From the NCBI GenBank assembly GCA_043813805.1, contig JBDRKR010000025.1, positions 1 through 62,277 on the forward strand: 62,277 nucleotides of DNA. The letters run 5' to 3'. Made by a program: the position numbers and the translations under genes. This document shows, one piece after another, positions 51,089 to 61,557 of this stretch; positions within the stretch are counted from its first letter, which is position 1, and every line of letters begins with the position of its first letter. The DNA is from Candidatus Nealsonbacteria bacterium (GTDB taxonomy: Bacteria; Patescibacteriota; Minisyncoccia; Minisyncoccales; MHMH01). The notes under the pieces were generated by a model, which did not search any database, had not been told where the DNA came from, and worked only from the letters and a program-made list of their open reading frames with translations.

Positions 51089-53305
51089 TCAACGAAAGTT
51101 GGAAGCGCTTGAAAATACATAGCGCTTCATCAAAAGAGCGTTCGAAATCACGCTGACCGATGAAAAAGCCATGGCTAAAGCAGCAATGGCCGGATTTAAG
51201 AGAAATCCGGTGAAAGGATATAAAATGCCGGCGGCAATGGGAATGCCCACAATATTATAGAAGAAAGCCCAGAAAAGATTCTGTTTGATTTTCTTTAAGG
51301 TGTACTTGCTCAAATCAATTGATTTTACGACGTCACGCAAATCGTCTTTAATTAAAACAATCTCGCCGGTCTCCATGGCGACATCAGTGCCCGACCCCAA
51401 AGCAATCCCCAAATCAGCTTGAGCTAAGGCGGGAGCATCATTGATGCCATCCCCCACCATGGCCACAACATTGCCTTCTTTTTGCAGTTTTTTGATTTCT
51501 TCCGATTTCCCTTGAGGCAAAACTTCGGCTAAAACCCGATCAATCCCCAACTCTTTGGCAATCGCTTGCCCAACACGCTCGTTATCGCCGGTAATAATAG
51601 CAACCTTCTTCCCCATCCGATGAAGAAGCTCGACCGCTTCTTTGGAATATTTTTTTAAGGTATCGGCGACTGCGATAATACCGACAATCTCTCCCCTGTA
51701 AGCTAAAATCATCGCTGTTTTGCCTTGATTCTCCAGGGCCATCAGCTCGTCTTTAAGGGGGTTTGTGTTAATACCATTTTCCCGCATCAATTTCCTTGTG
51801 CCCAACAGAATCTTTCCGTTATCGAACTCCGCCGTAACTCCGTGGCCGGGGACAGCCTGAAACCCTTCGACTTCGCTCAGGGTAAGATTTTCTTCTTTCG
51901 CTTTATTGACAATAGCTTGGGCCAAAGGATGTTCAGAATTTTTTTCTAGAGAGGCGGCCAATTGCAAAACCTTGCCCCTATCGCCTGAAACATCGGTCAC
52001 GACCGGCTCGCCCTTAGTAAGGGTGCCTGTTTTATCAAAAATTACCATATTAACATTACGGGCAATTTCCAGGGCCTTGCCGCTTTTGATTAAAATGCCG
52101 CTCTGAGCAGCCAAGCCCGTGCCCATCATTACGGCCGTCGGAGTCGCCAATCCCAAAGCGCAAGGACAGGCAATAATCAAAACAGTCACGAAAATCGTTA
52201 TAGCAAAAGCGAAGGGCTGGCCCAGAATCAACCAAGTGGCTGCAGCTAAAATAGCGATACAGATAACCGTCGGGACGAAATAGAAAGAAACCCTATCAGC
52301 TAAAAGTTGGATGGGAGCTTTAGAGCCCATAGCCGTTTCAACTATTTTAATAATTTGAGCCAGCATCGTATCTTTACCAACTCTGGTTGCTTTAAATTTC
52401 AAAACGCCGGTCTTGTTGATGGTGGCTCCAATCACTTCATCTCCTTTATTTTTCTCTACGGGAATGCTCTCGCCCGTTATCGCCTTCTCATCAACTCCCG
52501 AATAACCATCAACAACAATACCGTCAACGGGAATTTTCTCACCCGGTTTCACCAAAATAATATCACCAATCTGAACTTCCAAAATAGGTATTTTTATCTC
52601 CTCCCCGCCCTTAATGACAGTCGCTTCTTTCGGCTGAAGGCCGATTAATTTCTTAATCGCGGCTCCCGTTTTACCCTTGGTCAGTTCTTCCAAGTAATGA
52701 CCCAGGGAAATAAAAATCAAAATAAAAACCGCGCTTTCGTAATATAGGCTTTGATTCAGAGATAAAATTGAGATAATTAAACTGTAAAAATAAGCCGTGG
52801 CTGTCCCGATAAAAATCAAGGAATTCATATTGGGGTGCAGTCTTCGCAGACCCTTAAGGCCGTCGGTCCAGATATTGAAAGTGGCTAAAATTACAGCTGT
52901 TGCTAAAACAAACTGTATGGGCGTGGCATATTTTTCCAGAATCATCGGTATTGGTAAGCCGATCATCTCCCCCATCACCATATAAATGATGGGCAAACCG
53001 CACATCAGGGCGATAATAAATCGTCCTTTTAATTCCCGAGCTCTACCGTGATGATCGTCGTGTTCTTCACGAGACACCTCCCCCTCGTCACCCCCCTCCT
53101 CTATAATTTTGTAGCCTAATTTATCAACCGCGCTTTTTATTTTTTCTAAGGTGGTTTGCGCAAGATCGTATTCCAAATAAAGTTTTTCTAAGGCAAAATT
53201 AACATTGGCCGATTTGACGCCCGTTTCCTTACCAAGCGCGTGTTCGATGTTGGCTGAGCAGGAGGCGCAATGCATGCCGCGAATTTTAAAAGTTATTTTT
53301 TCCAT
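51089..53305 (-). CDS. copA: copper-translocating P1B-type ATPase
   Basis: HMA motif GMHCASC, plus CPC, DKTGTLT and GDGINDAP. Confidence 0.92.
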   Translation of the reverse strand: MEKITFKIRGMHCASCSANIEHALGKETGVKSANVNFALEKLYLEYDLAQTTLEKIKSAVDKLGYKIIEEGGDEGEVSREEHDDHHGRARELKGRFIIALMCGLPIIYMVMGEMIGLPIPMILEKYATPIQFVLATAVILATFNIWTDGLKGLRRLHPNMNSLIFIGTATAYFYSLIISILSLNQSLYYESAVFILIFISLGHYLEELTKGKTGAAIKKLIGLQPKEATVIKGGEEIKIPILEVQIGDIILVKPGEKIPVDGIVVDGYSGVDEKAITGESIPVEKNKGDEVIGATINKTGVLKFKATRVGKDTMLAQIIKIVETAMGSKAPIQLLADRVSFYFVPTVICIAILAAATWLILGQPFAFAITIFVTVLIIACPCALGLATPTAVMMGTGLAAQSGILIKSGKALEIARNVNMVIFDKTGTLTKGEPVVTDVSGDRGKVLQLAASLEKNSEHPLAQAIVNKAKEENLTLSEVEGFQAVPGHGVTAEFDNGKILLGTRKLMRENGINTNPLKDELMALENQGKTAMILAYRGEIVGIIAVADTLKKYSKEAVELLHRMGKKVAIITGDNERVGQAIAKELGIDRVLAEVLPQGKSEEIKKLQKEGNVVAMVGDGINDAPALAQADLGIALGSGTDVAMETGEIVLIKDDLRDVVKSIDLSKYTLKKIKQNLFWAFFYNIVGIPIAAGILYPFTGFLLNPAIAALAMAFSSVSVISNALLMKRYVFSSASNFR

Positions 53306-53832
53306 TAGAATAAATCTGAAACTTGCTCCAGATCTGATTGATTAATAACAATTTCTCCGTTTTCAACCTCTAAATTGGGGCTAATCGGCCCCGGATTGCA
53401 GCCCCCTTTTTCGGTGGCAACCTTCTCAATCGGATAACGGTTCCCGCAATTGTTACAGACAATCTCGTTGCCTTCCTGGCGAAACCCCTTATAGGTTTTG
53501 AAACAAACCGCGCAGGCGTTGGCCGCGGCCCGATAAATTCCGTTTTTATCCTTAACGACGAAAAAATAAATTATTTGCCCCGATGACATTTTTACATTGT
53601 AGAAGCGCGCCTGGTTATCGTCGAAAATTGAAGATGCTAATCTTATTTCTTTGTTGCCAAAGCTTACGTTTTCGCCCTTTTCCCCAAGAAAATTAATGCT
53701 ATTTAGGGCTAGAATGGGCAAAGAGGCTTGATTAATCGGAGCTTGAGACGGCTTCTTTGACACCCAAATTCCTCCGCCAATCAGCGCCAAAACACCAGTT
53801 AAAAGTAAAACGATGAAAAAAATTTTAGACAT
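53305..53832 (-). CDS. DUF2318-like Cys-rich membrane-anchored protein
   Basis: CAVCF...CNNCG motifs and an N-terminal TM helix. Confidence 0.55.
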   Translation of the reverse strand: MSKIFFIVLLLTGVLALIGGGIWVSKKPSQAPINQASLPILALNSINFLGEKGENVSFGNKEIRLASSIFDDNQARFYNVKMSSGQIIYFFVVKDKNGIYRAAANACAVCFKTYKGFRQEGNEIVCNNCGNRYPIEKVATEKGGCNPGPISPNLEVENGEIVINQSDLEQVSDLF

Positions 53833-53843
53833 AATTTTTATAT

Positions 53844-55325
53844 TTATTTAGCGCCGCAACCGCACCCTTGAGCGCCCGAAGAAATAATATTATCGCCGGA
53901 ACTTAAATTGTTTGGAGCAACCGATGTTTGCACTGAATTATTCTGGTCGGTGACTTCGATAATTCCCGAAACCATGCCCATCCAGCAACTGAATTTGTAT
54001 TTTCCCACTTTAGTGGGTGTAAATTCTTTAATACTGGTTTGACCAGGCGTCAACGAAATACTTCCGCTGAATAAACTGTTGGAAATAATGGCGTTAGTAC
54101 AACCGCTTGTCCCGACATCAGCAATTTCCCATCTTACAGGCGTATTAACTTCCACTTTAAAATAATTCGGTTTGTAGCCGGAACTCGAGGCCGTCATTTT
54201 TAAAACTTGTTTCCCGTCAACAATCAGCGCTAAACCGTTCGCATCGACCGTTCCACCGCTGGTTTGAGATGGTTTAATTATGATATCGTCAAGGCTGATA
54301 AATCCCAAAACGTTCATTTGGCTGTTGATATTAAAGAGAGCGAAAAACAAAATTACCAAAGCGGCAACCCTGGAAAATTGGAAAGCCAAATGAGGACGGC
54401 TTGAAAATTTTACAGACGAAAACCCAATAAGTAACAGCGCAGGGACTGTTCCCAGGGCAAAAAGAGCCATAATCAGTCCGCCCTGAATGGGATTGCCGGA
54501 TATCAGGGCCAACCCTTGGGCAGTAATCGTAAAACCGCAGGGCAGGAAAAAAGTTAACCCGCCCATTACAAACGGCATGTAGCGTCCTTTAAAATTAGTT
54601 TCATTAGCAATGTACCTTGTAGCGAATTTAGGCAAGGTTGGCTGAAATCTACGTAAACTTTTAACGCCGAGCATTTGAAGGGCTAAAATCAACATAACAA
54701 CAGAAATGGCCACAATTAAAAATGAAGTAAACTGCAAAGAAATTTGCAGCTTGCTCCCGACAGCTCCGAGCACCGTTCCCAAAACAGCGTAAGTTAAGAT
54801 TCTCCCGATATTAAACATCAAATGCGGCTGGAGTTTCTGGAAAGTTGATTTTTGATCGGAATATATCGTCAGCCACTGTTTTGACATGGAAAGTATCAAT
54901 CCCCCCACCAAAGCGGCGCAACTCGAAATACCCGCAATAAGTCCTAGGGCGAAAAAAGCGAATAAAGACGATTTCGTATTAACGCTAACTAGCCCCGACA
55001 ATCCTGATTTAGTTAGGTATAAAAATCCGCCAATCAGCAGTAGGGCGATAACCACGCTGTTAAAAATACCCTTACCCTTAAAATCATCTCCGGCTTCGAA
55101 CGGCTCGTCAAAAAATACGTAATTTTCTTTTTTAAAAATAGAATTTAAGAATTCTGTTTCCGGTCGTTTTCCTGCGTATTCAATCAAAACTTCGCCCTTA
55201 GCCATTTTAGCCTCTACTGATTTGACTCCCTTTAATTCGAGTAATTTTTTTTCAATTAAAATTTCGCAGGAGGCGCAATGCATTCCTTTTACAAAGTAGA
55301 CATATTCTTTTATTTTTTCCGGCAT
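53844..55325 (-). CDS. HMA domain, TauE/CcdA-like permease and cupredoxin-like domain fusion
   Basis: GMHCASC at the N-terminus, about 6 TM helices, a C-terminal beta domain with FSCWMGM, and a GCGCG tail. Confidence 0.6.
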   Translation of the reverse strand: MPEKIKEYVYFVKGMHCASCEILIEKKLLELKGVKSVEAKMAKGEVLIEYAGKRPETEFLNSIFKKENYVFFDEPFEAGDDFKGKGIFNSVVIALLLIGGFLYLTKSGLSGLVSVNTKSSLFAFFALGLIAGISSCAALVGGLILSMSKQWLTIYSDQKSTFQKLQPHLMFNIGRILTYAVLGTVLGAVGSKLQISLQFTSFLIVAISVVMLILALQMLGVKSLRRFQPTLPKFATRYIANETNFKGRYMPFVMGGLTFFLPCGFTITAQGLALISGNPIQGGLIMALFALGTVPALLLIGFSSVKFSSRPHLAFQFSRVAALVILFFALFNINSQMNVLGFISLDDIIIKPSQTSGGTVDANGLALIVDGKQVLKMTASSSGYKPNYFKVEVNTPVRWEIADVGTSGCTNAIISNSLFSGSISLTPGQTSIKEFTPTKVGKYKFSCWMGMVSGIIEVTDQNNSVQTSVAPNNLSSGDNIISSGAQGCGCGAK

Positions 55326-55337
55326 ATTTTCTGAAAT

Positions 55338-55613
55338 TTATTTTTTGTAATTTTCGAAAATCTCCAGCAACTCCTGGATCTTCTTTTGCCGCTCTCGGAC
55401 GCTCTCTCCTCTAATCGCCGTAGTCACACAGGTGTCCAGGTGATTCTTTAAAATCAAAAGGTTTAACTTTTGGATAGCGGCGATGACGGCCTCGTTCTGC
55501 CTGATAATATCGATGCAATACTTTTCTTCAGCCACCATTTTTTTGACGCCTTCCAAGTGCCCGATCAGATAATTCATTCTATTTAAAATTTGCTGCCGGG
55601 TATTTTTTTTCAT
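55338..55613 (-). CDS. csoR: CsoR/RcnR-family metal-sensing repressor
   Basis: 91 aa with the DUF156 pattern: Cys in YCIDII and His-x3-Cys in HLDTC. Confidence 0.8.
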   Translation of the reverse strand: MKKNTRQQILNRMNYLIGHLEGVKKMVAEEKYCIDIIRQNEAVIAAIQKLNLLILKNHLDTCVTTAIRGESVRERQKKIQELLEIFENYKK

Positions 55614-55623
55614 ATTTGTTTTG

Positions 55624-55642
55624 TACCCCCCATACGGGGGTA
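55624..55642. promoter_or_regulatory. CsoR-type operator
   Basis: G/C-tract palindrome TACCCCCC-ATA-CGGGGGTA, just downstream of the putative -10. Confidence 0.6.
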
Positions 55643-55649
55643 TGTATTA

Positions 55650-55678
55650 AGATTATCCCTGTCAAGAATCCTTGTCAA
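55650..55678 (-). promoter_or_regulatory. promoter TTGACA-17-TAATCT
   Basis: Two CTTGACA(A/G)GG boxes. The distal one is spaced 17 nt from TAATCT. Confidence 0.45.
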
Positions 55679-55684
55679 GGCCAA

Positions 55685-55717
55685 AACAAAAACCGCCCGA
55701 TGAAGGGCGGTTTTTTG
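55685..55717. terminator. bidirectional rho-independent terminator
   Basis: AAAAACCGCCC-GATGAA-GGGCGGTTTTTT. Confidence 0.75.
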
Positions 55718-55721
55718 TTGA

Positions 55722-55922
55722 CTAAACGCGGGATACATTCGTAGCGGCCGGACCTTTCTCAGTCTCGGTGACTTCAAAGGTAACGGCATCGCCGACCTTC
55801 AACTCATCAAATGTAACTCCCTGCAATTCCTTGGAATGAAAGAACAGATCCTTTACTTCGCCTTCGCGAGCAATGAATCCGAATCCTTTTTCCGATATAA
55901 GGGTTTTAATAGTTCCTTGCAT
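55722..55922 (-). CDS. cold-shock protein (CspA family)
   Basis: 66 aa with KGFGFI and the FFHS RNP motifs. Confidence 0.92.
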   Translation of the reverse strand: MQGTIKTLISEKGFGFIAREGEVKDLFFHSKELQGVTFDELKVGDAVTFEVTETEKGPAATNVSRV

Positions 55923-55991
55923 GTGATTATTTTTAAAATTACTTCTTAAGAGAAACTCGACTTATTTCCGTACTTTAAGTAGTACCGCCTC

Positions 55992-56020
55992 ATTGTAGCA
56001 TATTAAGAGAGTTTCTGCAA
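55992..56020 (-). promoter_or_regulatory. promoter TTGCAG-17-TACAAT with a roughly 60-nt leader
   Basis: -10 at 55992-55997 and -35 at 56015-56020. Confidence 0.5.
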
Positions 56021-56052
56021 GTACCCCTTCCCGTCTCAGAAGACATTAGGAC

Positions 56053-56550
56053 CTATTCCCTAAACCAATCTTTAAAAAATATGTAAACCAGAGAACCCGT
56101 AAGAAGCAGGGCAAATAAGGAATACCCGGCCATTAATACGTCGCCGAGGAAATTAACATCAATCGAAGACTTTAAACTATGCGACAAATCATTCAAAATA
56201 ATCAAAACAATCAGGGCCGAAAGAAAAATCACCATCCCGATTAAGAAAAAACGGCCGAGGGCATATTTGGCCCGCCCGTAAGTCTTGGGTTTAGGTGCGG
56301 GTTCGCCGGCTTCAACGGGGGCAATCCCCAGATCATTGCGAATTTTTTCCACTCGTTGAAAATCGCAAACCCGGATTAAAAGTTTGTAAGCCGTCCGATA
56401 TGCGCCGACCGCAACCTCCTTTCCGGCCCCTGTCTCGGGATAAAGAGTTTTAACCGGTATTCTGGCTCCTTCCAATTCTTTTCTTAAAATATCGGCATCT
56501 GAGGTTTTATAAGTCCCGTAATTAAAAAAGTTGGTTGACATTTTTTCCAT
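56053..56550 (-). CDS. hypothetical protein with C-terminal TM helices
   Basis: 165-aa ORF. No family recognised. Confidence 0.45.
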   Translation of the reverse strand: MEKMSTNFFNYGTYKTSDADILRKELEGARIPVKTLYPETGAGKEVAVGAYRTAYKLLIRVCDFQRVEKIRNDLGIAPVEAGEPAPKPKTYGRAKYALGRFFLIGMVIFLSALIVLIILNDLSHSLKSSIDVNFLGDVLMAGYSLFALLLTGSLVYIFFKDWFRE

Positions 56551-56561
56551 TTTTATTCACA

Positions 56562-57128
56562 TTATAATATTTCTCTTAGTAGCTCTTCTGCGCCGATCTT
56601 CTTTTTTGCTGAATAAGGAATAATTTGATGGGCCCCGATAATCTTTCCGATTGTTTTGAATTGCTCTTCGTATTCCGTCTTCTTTATCTTGTCTGTCTTA
56701 TTCGCCACAACAATAATGTCTTTCTTATAATCTTCCAGGCTGTGAAGCATGTCTAAATCGTCTTCGGTCGGACCGACGCTGGCATCAATTATCAAAACCA
56801 CTTTTTTTTGTTCATAATTAGAAACGAAAAAATACCAGTTTACCATGGCCCTAAGGCTATTTTTTAATTCGCCGGAAAGCTTGGCATAGCCATAGCCCGG
56901 CAAATCAACAAAATATAAAGAATTATTAATCAAAAATAGGTTTATTTTCTGGGTGCGCCCCGGGAAAGAACTGGTCTTGGCCAAATCATTCCGATTGACC
57001 AAAGAATTGATGACGCTGGACTTCCCCACGTTTGAACGGCCGATAAAGGCGACTTGGGGAATGTCATTCTCCAATATGCTGTCGCTGCCAAGCACGCTTT
57101 TTACAAATTGAGCAGATTCTATTTTCAT
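56562..57128 (-). CDS. engB: ribosome-biogenesis GTPase YsxC/EngB
   Basis: GRSNVGKSS, DLPGYG and NKTD. Confidence 0.88.
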   Translation of the reverse strand: MKIESAQFVKSVLGSDSILENDIPQVAFIGRSNVGKSSVINSLVNRNDLAKTSSFPGRTQKINLFLINNSLYFVDLPGYGYAKLSGELKNSLRAMVNWYFFVSNYEQKKVVLIIDASVGPTEDDLDMLHSLEDYKKDIIVVANKTDKIKKTEYEEQFKTIGKIIGAHQIIPYSAKKKIGAEELLREIL

Positions 57129-59797
57129 ATCTCAATTCTATTAAAAATTCTCTTTTTGAAAAATTCAATCAATAAGATCTCCGCCAAACCAACGCCTAAT
57201 ACGATCAGCCATTCGGTTAACATTAACGGCTGGGTAAATAAAAACTTCTGCAAAAACGGAAGATAAATAGCTCCGGCAAGCAGAACAGCTGAAACAAATA
57301 CCGCCCCCGCTAAATAGCGGTTTGAAAATATGTCTTTCCTGAAAATCGTCCGCTTGAAAGAACGGACGCTGAAGGCAAAAAACAAAGAATCGATACACAC
57401 TAAAGCAAATACTATTGTCCGTGTTTTTTGCAAATCCCCGGTCAATTTCCAAAAAAAGAAAAATAACAGAAACGCTGCGAATCCCGCAATAAAGAAAATA
57501 GCGGTCATCCAGAGCTTAAGGGATTTATTTAATATCGGCTCTTTGGGATTTCTTGGTTTTTCATCCATCACTCCTATTGTTTCCTGCTCGGCAGTAAGAG
57601 CGATGTCGGGAAAGCCATTTTCGACAAGATTCATCCAAAGAATTTGAGCGGGCAGCAACGGGAGCGGAAGACCCATTGCCATGCTTGCTAAAAATAAAAA
57701 AAGCTCGGAAAAAGAATCGGCTACCAGATATACAAACACCTTGCGGATGTTTCCGAAAATCACCCTGCCCTGCTCAACCGCTTTAATTACGGTTTTAAAA
57801 TTATCGTCCAGCAATACCAAATCAGCGACTTCTTTTGTGACATCCGTACCCGAACCGACGGCCACTCCGATATCGGCGGATTTGAGGGCCGGAGCATCGT
57901 TAACGCCGTCCCCCAGCATGGCAACCACTTCTCCATCAGCTTGCAGCGCATCAATAATTTGCAGCTTATGGCGCGGAGACACGCGGGCGTAAATAGAAAT
58001 ATTTTTTGCTTTCTCACGCAACTCGTCATCGCTCATTGTTTCCAATTCTTTCCCCTCAATAATGTTTTCATCTTTCGCCTCGAGGCCTATCTCTTCAGCA
58101 ATAGCTTTAGCGGTAAGCTTATGATCTCCCGTAACGATAACAGTGCGAATCCCCGCTTTTTTAGTAATGGCAATAGATTCCTTGGCGTCTCGGCGCAGAT
58201 GGTCCTTAAGCGCTATAAACCCGACGAATGAAAGTTCTTGCACTAATTCTTTAAAATCTTGATACTTCGTCTCGGCGTTATAATCCTTATAAGCGCAAGC
58301 AAGAACCCGCAGCCCTTTTTGGGTAAGCGTTTCCAATTTCGCTATCAATTTGTCTGTTTCTGGTGCCCCTAATTTTTCTTTTCGACCGTCAAAATCCAAA
58401 TTAACGGAACGTTTAATGATTTCTTCCGGCGCTCCGACAGCATAAAGCACATTATGCTTCTTGTCCTTGCGATGATACGTGGCGGCGAACTTATAATCCG
58501 ATTCAAAACTGATTCTATCCAATACGGGATATTGTTTCTCGAGATCATGTTTATTCAAACCGGCCTGCATCCCCGCCATAAGCAGCGCCCGCTCGGTTGA
58601 TCTGCCCCGCACCACCCACTTCTGCAATTCCGCCTCTGGATTTTCCAAGAAGGCATCGTTGGCTAAGGTGGCAATTTTCAATGCTAAAATGTGAGACTCA
58701 ATACCGTTCGCACTTTCACCCTTGGCAAGGCCGTTAATATCGTTGCTCATTAATTCTCTTGTACTTGTTAAAATATGGCTTACTTGCATTTTGCCCTCTG
58801 TAAGAGTGCCTGTTTTATCGGTGCAGATGACGGTTACGCTCCCCAGGGTTTCTGTGGCGGCAAGTTTTCTTACGAGCCCCCGTTGTTTGAAAATACGCCG
58901 CATGCCTAAAACCAATATGACGGTGATGGCGGGGAGCAATCCTTCGGGTATCGCCGAAACGGCCAGCGCCAAAGAAGTGATAAAAATCTCGGCAAAAGAC
59001 TTTCCGGCAAAATAACCCATAATAATAATGGCAAAGATAACAGAAAGAATAAATAATCCGGTAATCTTTGAAAGCGAAATGATTTTATACTGAAGGGGTG
59101 TTTTGCGTTCTTTTGTTTTTTTAAGGAGCGATACAATTTCGCCGATTTGCGTATTGATTCCCGTAGCGACAATAACTATCGTCGCCCGTCCTTCTTCTAC
59201 AACCGTGCCCATAAAGACCATGTTGATTTGATCGGAAAGCGATATTTTCTCTGGCAAAATATCAATTGGCTCTTTTTTTGCTCCCACCCATTCACCGGTG
59301 AGGCTTGCTTCGTTTATTTTTAATCCTTTTGATTCGATAATACGTCCGTCGGCCGGCACTTTGTCTCCGGCCCTTAAAAGCACCACGTCTCCTACAACTA
59401 ATTCTTCGCTGTCTATTTCTTTCTCGTAACCGTCCCGCAAAACTATCGCTCTGACTTTCACCATTTTCTTCAGGGCCAGAAGCGACTGATTGGCCTTGTT
59501 CTCTTGATAAAAACCGACGGTGGTATTAATAAGGAGAACAATAATAATAAAGATCGTGTCCGAGTAGCGCTTAAGAAGAAACGCGGTAACAACGGTCGCA
59601 AGCAAAATATACATCAGAGGATTACTGAATTGACTTAAAAAGAGGCGTATTTTTGAATACGGCCTTTCTTGAGGAAGAACGTTGCGTCCGAACTCTTTTC
59701 TTTTTTGATCCGCTTCCGGACCGGTCAGTCCTTCTTTATTGCTTTTTATTCCGGAAAAAGCTTCGGCAAGTGAAATTGCGTGCCAATTCTTTTGCAT
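57125..59797 (-). CDS. cation-transporting P-type ATPase (type II, Ca/Mg-like)
   Basis: 890 aa with CTDKTGTLT, VTGDH and GDGVNDAPALK. Confidence 0.88.
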   Translation of the reverse strand: MQKNWHAISLAEAFSGIKSNKEGLTGPEADQKRKEFGRNVLPQERPYSKIRLFLSQFSNPLMYILLATVVTAFLLKRYSDTIFIIIVLLINTTVGFYQENKANQSLLALKKMVKVRAIVLRDGYEKEIDSEELVVGDVVLLRAGDKVPADGRIIESKGLKINEASLTGEWVGAKKEPIDILPEKISLSDQINMVFMGTVVEEGRATIVIVATGINTQIGEIVSLLKKTKERKTPLQYKIISLSKITGLFILSVIFAIIIMGYFAGKSFAEIFITSLALAVSAIPEGLLPAITVILVLGMRRIFKQRGLVRKLAATETLGSVTVICTDKTGTLTEGKMQVSHILTSTRELMSNDINGLAKGESANGIESHILALKIATLANDAFLENPEAELQKWVVRGRSTERALLMAGMQAGLNKHDLEKQYPVLDRISFESDYKFAATYHRKDKKHNVLYAVGAPEEIIKRSVNLDFDGRKEKLGAPETDKLIAKLETLTQKGLRVLACAYKDYNAETKYQDFKELVQELSFVGFIALKDHLRRDAKESIAITKKAGIRTVIVTGDHKLTAKAIAEEIGLEAKDENIIEGKELETMSDDELREKAKNISIYARVSPRHKLQIIDALQADGEVVAMLGDGVNDAPALKSADIGVAVGSGTDVTKEVADLVLLDDNFKTVIKAVEQGRVIFGNIRKVFVYLVADSFSELFLFLASMAMGLPLPLLPAQILWMNLVENGFPDIALTAEQETIGVMDEKPRNPKEPILNKSLKLWMTAIFFIAGFAAFLLFFFFWKLTGDLQKTRTIVFALVCIDSLFFAFSVRSFKRTIFRKDIFSNRYLAGAVFVSAVLLAGAIYLPFLQKFLFTQPLMLTEWLIVLGVGLAEILLIEFFKKRIFNRIEI

Positions 59798-59801
59798 ATG
59801 T

Positions 59802-61523
59802 TTATTTTACCTTCAAAACCGCCGTTTTGAAATTTCGCGGCTTTTGACGGAGAATAGGAATATAAAATTCCTCAATATATTGTTTTAGCGCGCGCGATGT
59901 TGAAAATTGCCCGGTAATAAGCTTGCGGCCATTTTGCATCCGGGTAAGCCACTTCGATCTGTTTGGATTTGCAATATGATCATAATAGGCGGGAATGATT
60001 TCCTTTTCTGCAATATCAAGCATTTTAACCCCGACATTCGGCTCATCAACGACCCAGCCGATGGTAGAAAGATTAACCTCGTCAACCCAGCCATCCCGCG
60101 TTGAAAGCGGGAGTACACCATTAAGCGCCGCCTTCATGCCGCTGGTGCCGCAGGCTTCAGAACCAACCACGGGAGTGTTAAGCCAGACGTCGCAGCCGGC
60201 GGTAATAAGTTTGGCGAGTTCAACGTTGTAGTTCGGCAAGAATACTCCGATGCCTTTTAATTTTTCTTTGAGTATTTTCCTAAGCTGCACCAAAAGATCG
60301 TTATCTGTTTCGTTTTCATTATTAGTGGGTCCGGCGAAAACAATCCGCATCGGTTTATCCGCGTTTTTGGCAAGCGTCAAAAGTTTATCTGAAGATTCCA
60401 GAAACACAAGCGGCCGCTTATAGGGAACAATTCGACGCGCCCAGCCGAAAAGAAGAGTGTTTTCGTTCCACGTCTCGCCGGTCTCATCTTTAATATAATT
60501 CAAAAGCTTCTTTTTGTTTTCCTGATGCTTTTTCCAAAAATCCGGGTTGCCGGAATTGCCGATCTTGTCCCATTGCTGTAGATAAATACCGTTGGTAACG
60601 TTTTTCATCGGACGTCCCGGCCAAATCTCAAGCGCTTTGGCTGCGTGAAGTTTACTCACCATATTTATTCTGGACGCCAAGCGGAAAGAAAACGTCGTCA
60701 TCGAAAAAAGATTAGAACCCTTAATGGTGCCCAATCCGACGATATCAGCAACGTTCACCTCTATTTCTTCGGCATACTTGCTCATTATTGCCGAGACGAG
60801 ATCCACGGTAAATTGCTCCATTCCGGCGGCCATGAGAGTGTGGTTGGTAAAAACAATGCGTTTGCGGGCGTATTCAATAGCGGTATAAAAATCAACGTGC
60901 TGATGTCCCATTTCATGACGTATTAATTCCAAAGCAAGAAATGCAGAATGCCCCTCGTTTAAGTGATAAACCGAACAGTGATAACCTAGCCGCTCGAGAA
61001 AACGAAAGCCTCCGATACCAAGAAGCATTTCTTGCTTCAGGCGCATTCCGCGATCATTGGTATAAAGCCGCGTGGTAATGCCGCGATCAGACGGTTGATT
61101 TTCTTCGACATTAGTATCAAGAAGGTATACCGTTGCGCCCTCTTTATCCCATCGCCAAGCCTGTGCGCTGACCATCCGATCGTGGATGGGGAAAGTAATA
61201 AGAAGACGCTCCTTGCGGCTATCTTTAACCAACGAGAGTCCGGCTTCCTCTAAAAAAACCTTGTTTGAATATTCGGGCGGGGTAAGGCTATTTTGCGCCT
61301 CACGATAGTAAAGACCGACGGAGACCATGGGAAATTGCCGAGCGCCGGCTTCTCGGACATAATCACCCGCCAAAACTCCCAATCCCCCGGCATAAGTGGG
61401 CAGATAAGGAAAAAGCGCATATTCCGCACAAAAATATGCGACCGGTTTTTTAAAAAATCCTTCGTACTCCGGGCTCGTCTTAAAATCATCAAACCAGTTA
61501 TTGTAATAAGTTTGCGTTTCCAT
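59802..61523 (-). CDS. glgP: alpha-glucan phosphorylase (GT35)
   Basis: NEGHSAF and the PLP-Lys motif EACGTSGMKAALNG. Start placed at Met34. Confidence 0.85.
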   Translation of the reverse strand: METQTYYNNWFDDFKTSPEYEGFFKKPVAYFCAEYALFPYLPTYAGGLGVLAGDYVREAGARQFPMVSVGLYYREAQNSLTPPEYSNKVFLEEAGLSLVKDSRKERLLITFPIHDRMVSAQAWRWDKEGATVYLLDTNVEENQPSDRGITTRLYTNDRGMRLKQEMLLGIGGFRFLERLGYHCSVYHLNEGHSAFLALELIRHEMGHQHVDFYTAIEYARKRIVFTNHTLMAAGMEQFTVDLVSAIMSKYAEEIEVNVADIVGLGTIKGSNLFSMTTFSFRLASRINMVSKLHAAKALEIWPGRPMKNVTNGIYLQQWDKIGNSGNPDFWKKHQENKKKLLNYIKDETGETWNENTLLFGWARRIVPYKRPLVFLESSDKLLTLAKNADKPMRIVFAGPTNNENETDNDLLVQLRKILKEKLKGIGVFLPNYNVELAKLITAGCDVWLNTPVVGSEACGTSGMKAALNGVLPLSTRDGWVDEVNLSTIGWVVDEPNVGVKMLDIAEKEIIPAYYDHIANPNRSKWLTRMQNGRKLITGQFSTSRALKQYIEEFYIPILRQKPRNFKTAVLKVK

Positions 61524-61557
61524 GGGTATATTCTTGCGAACAAAGCGAGTCGGGTTC

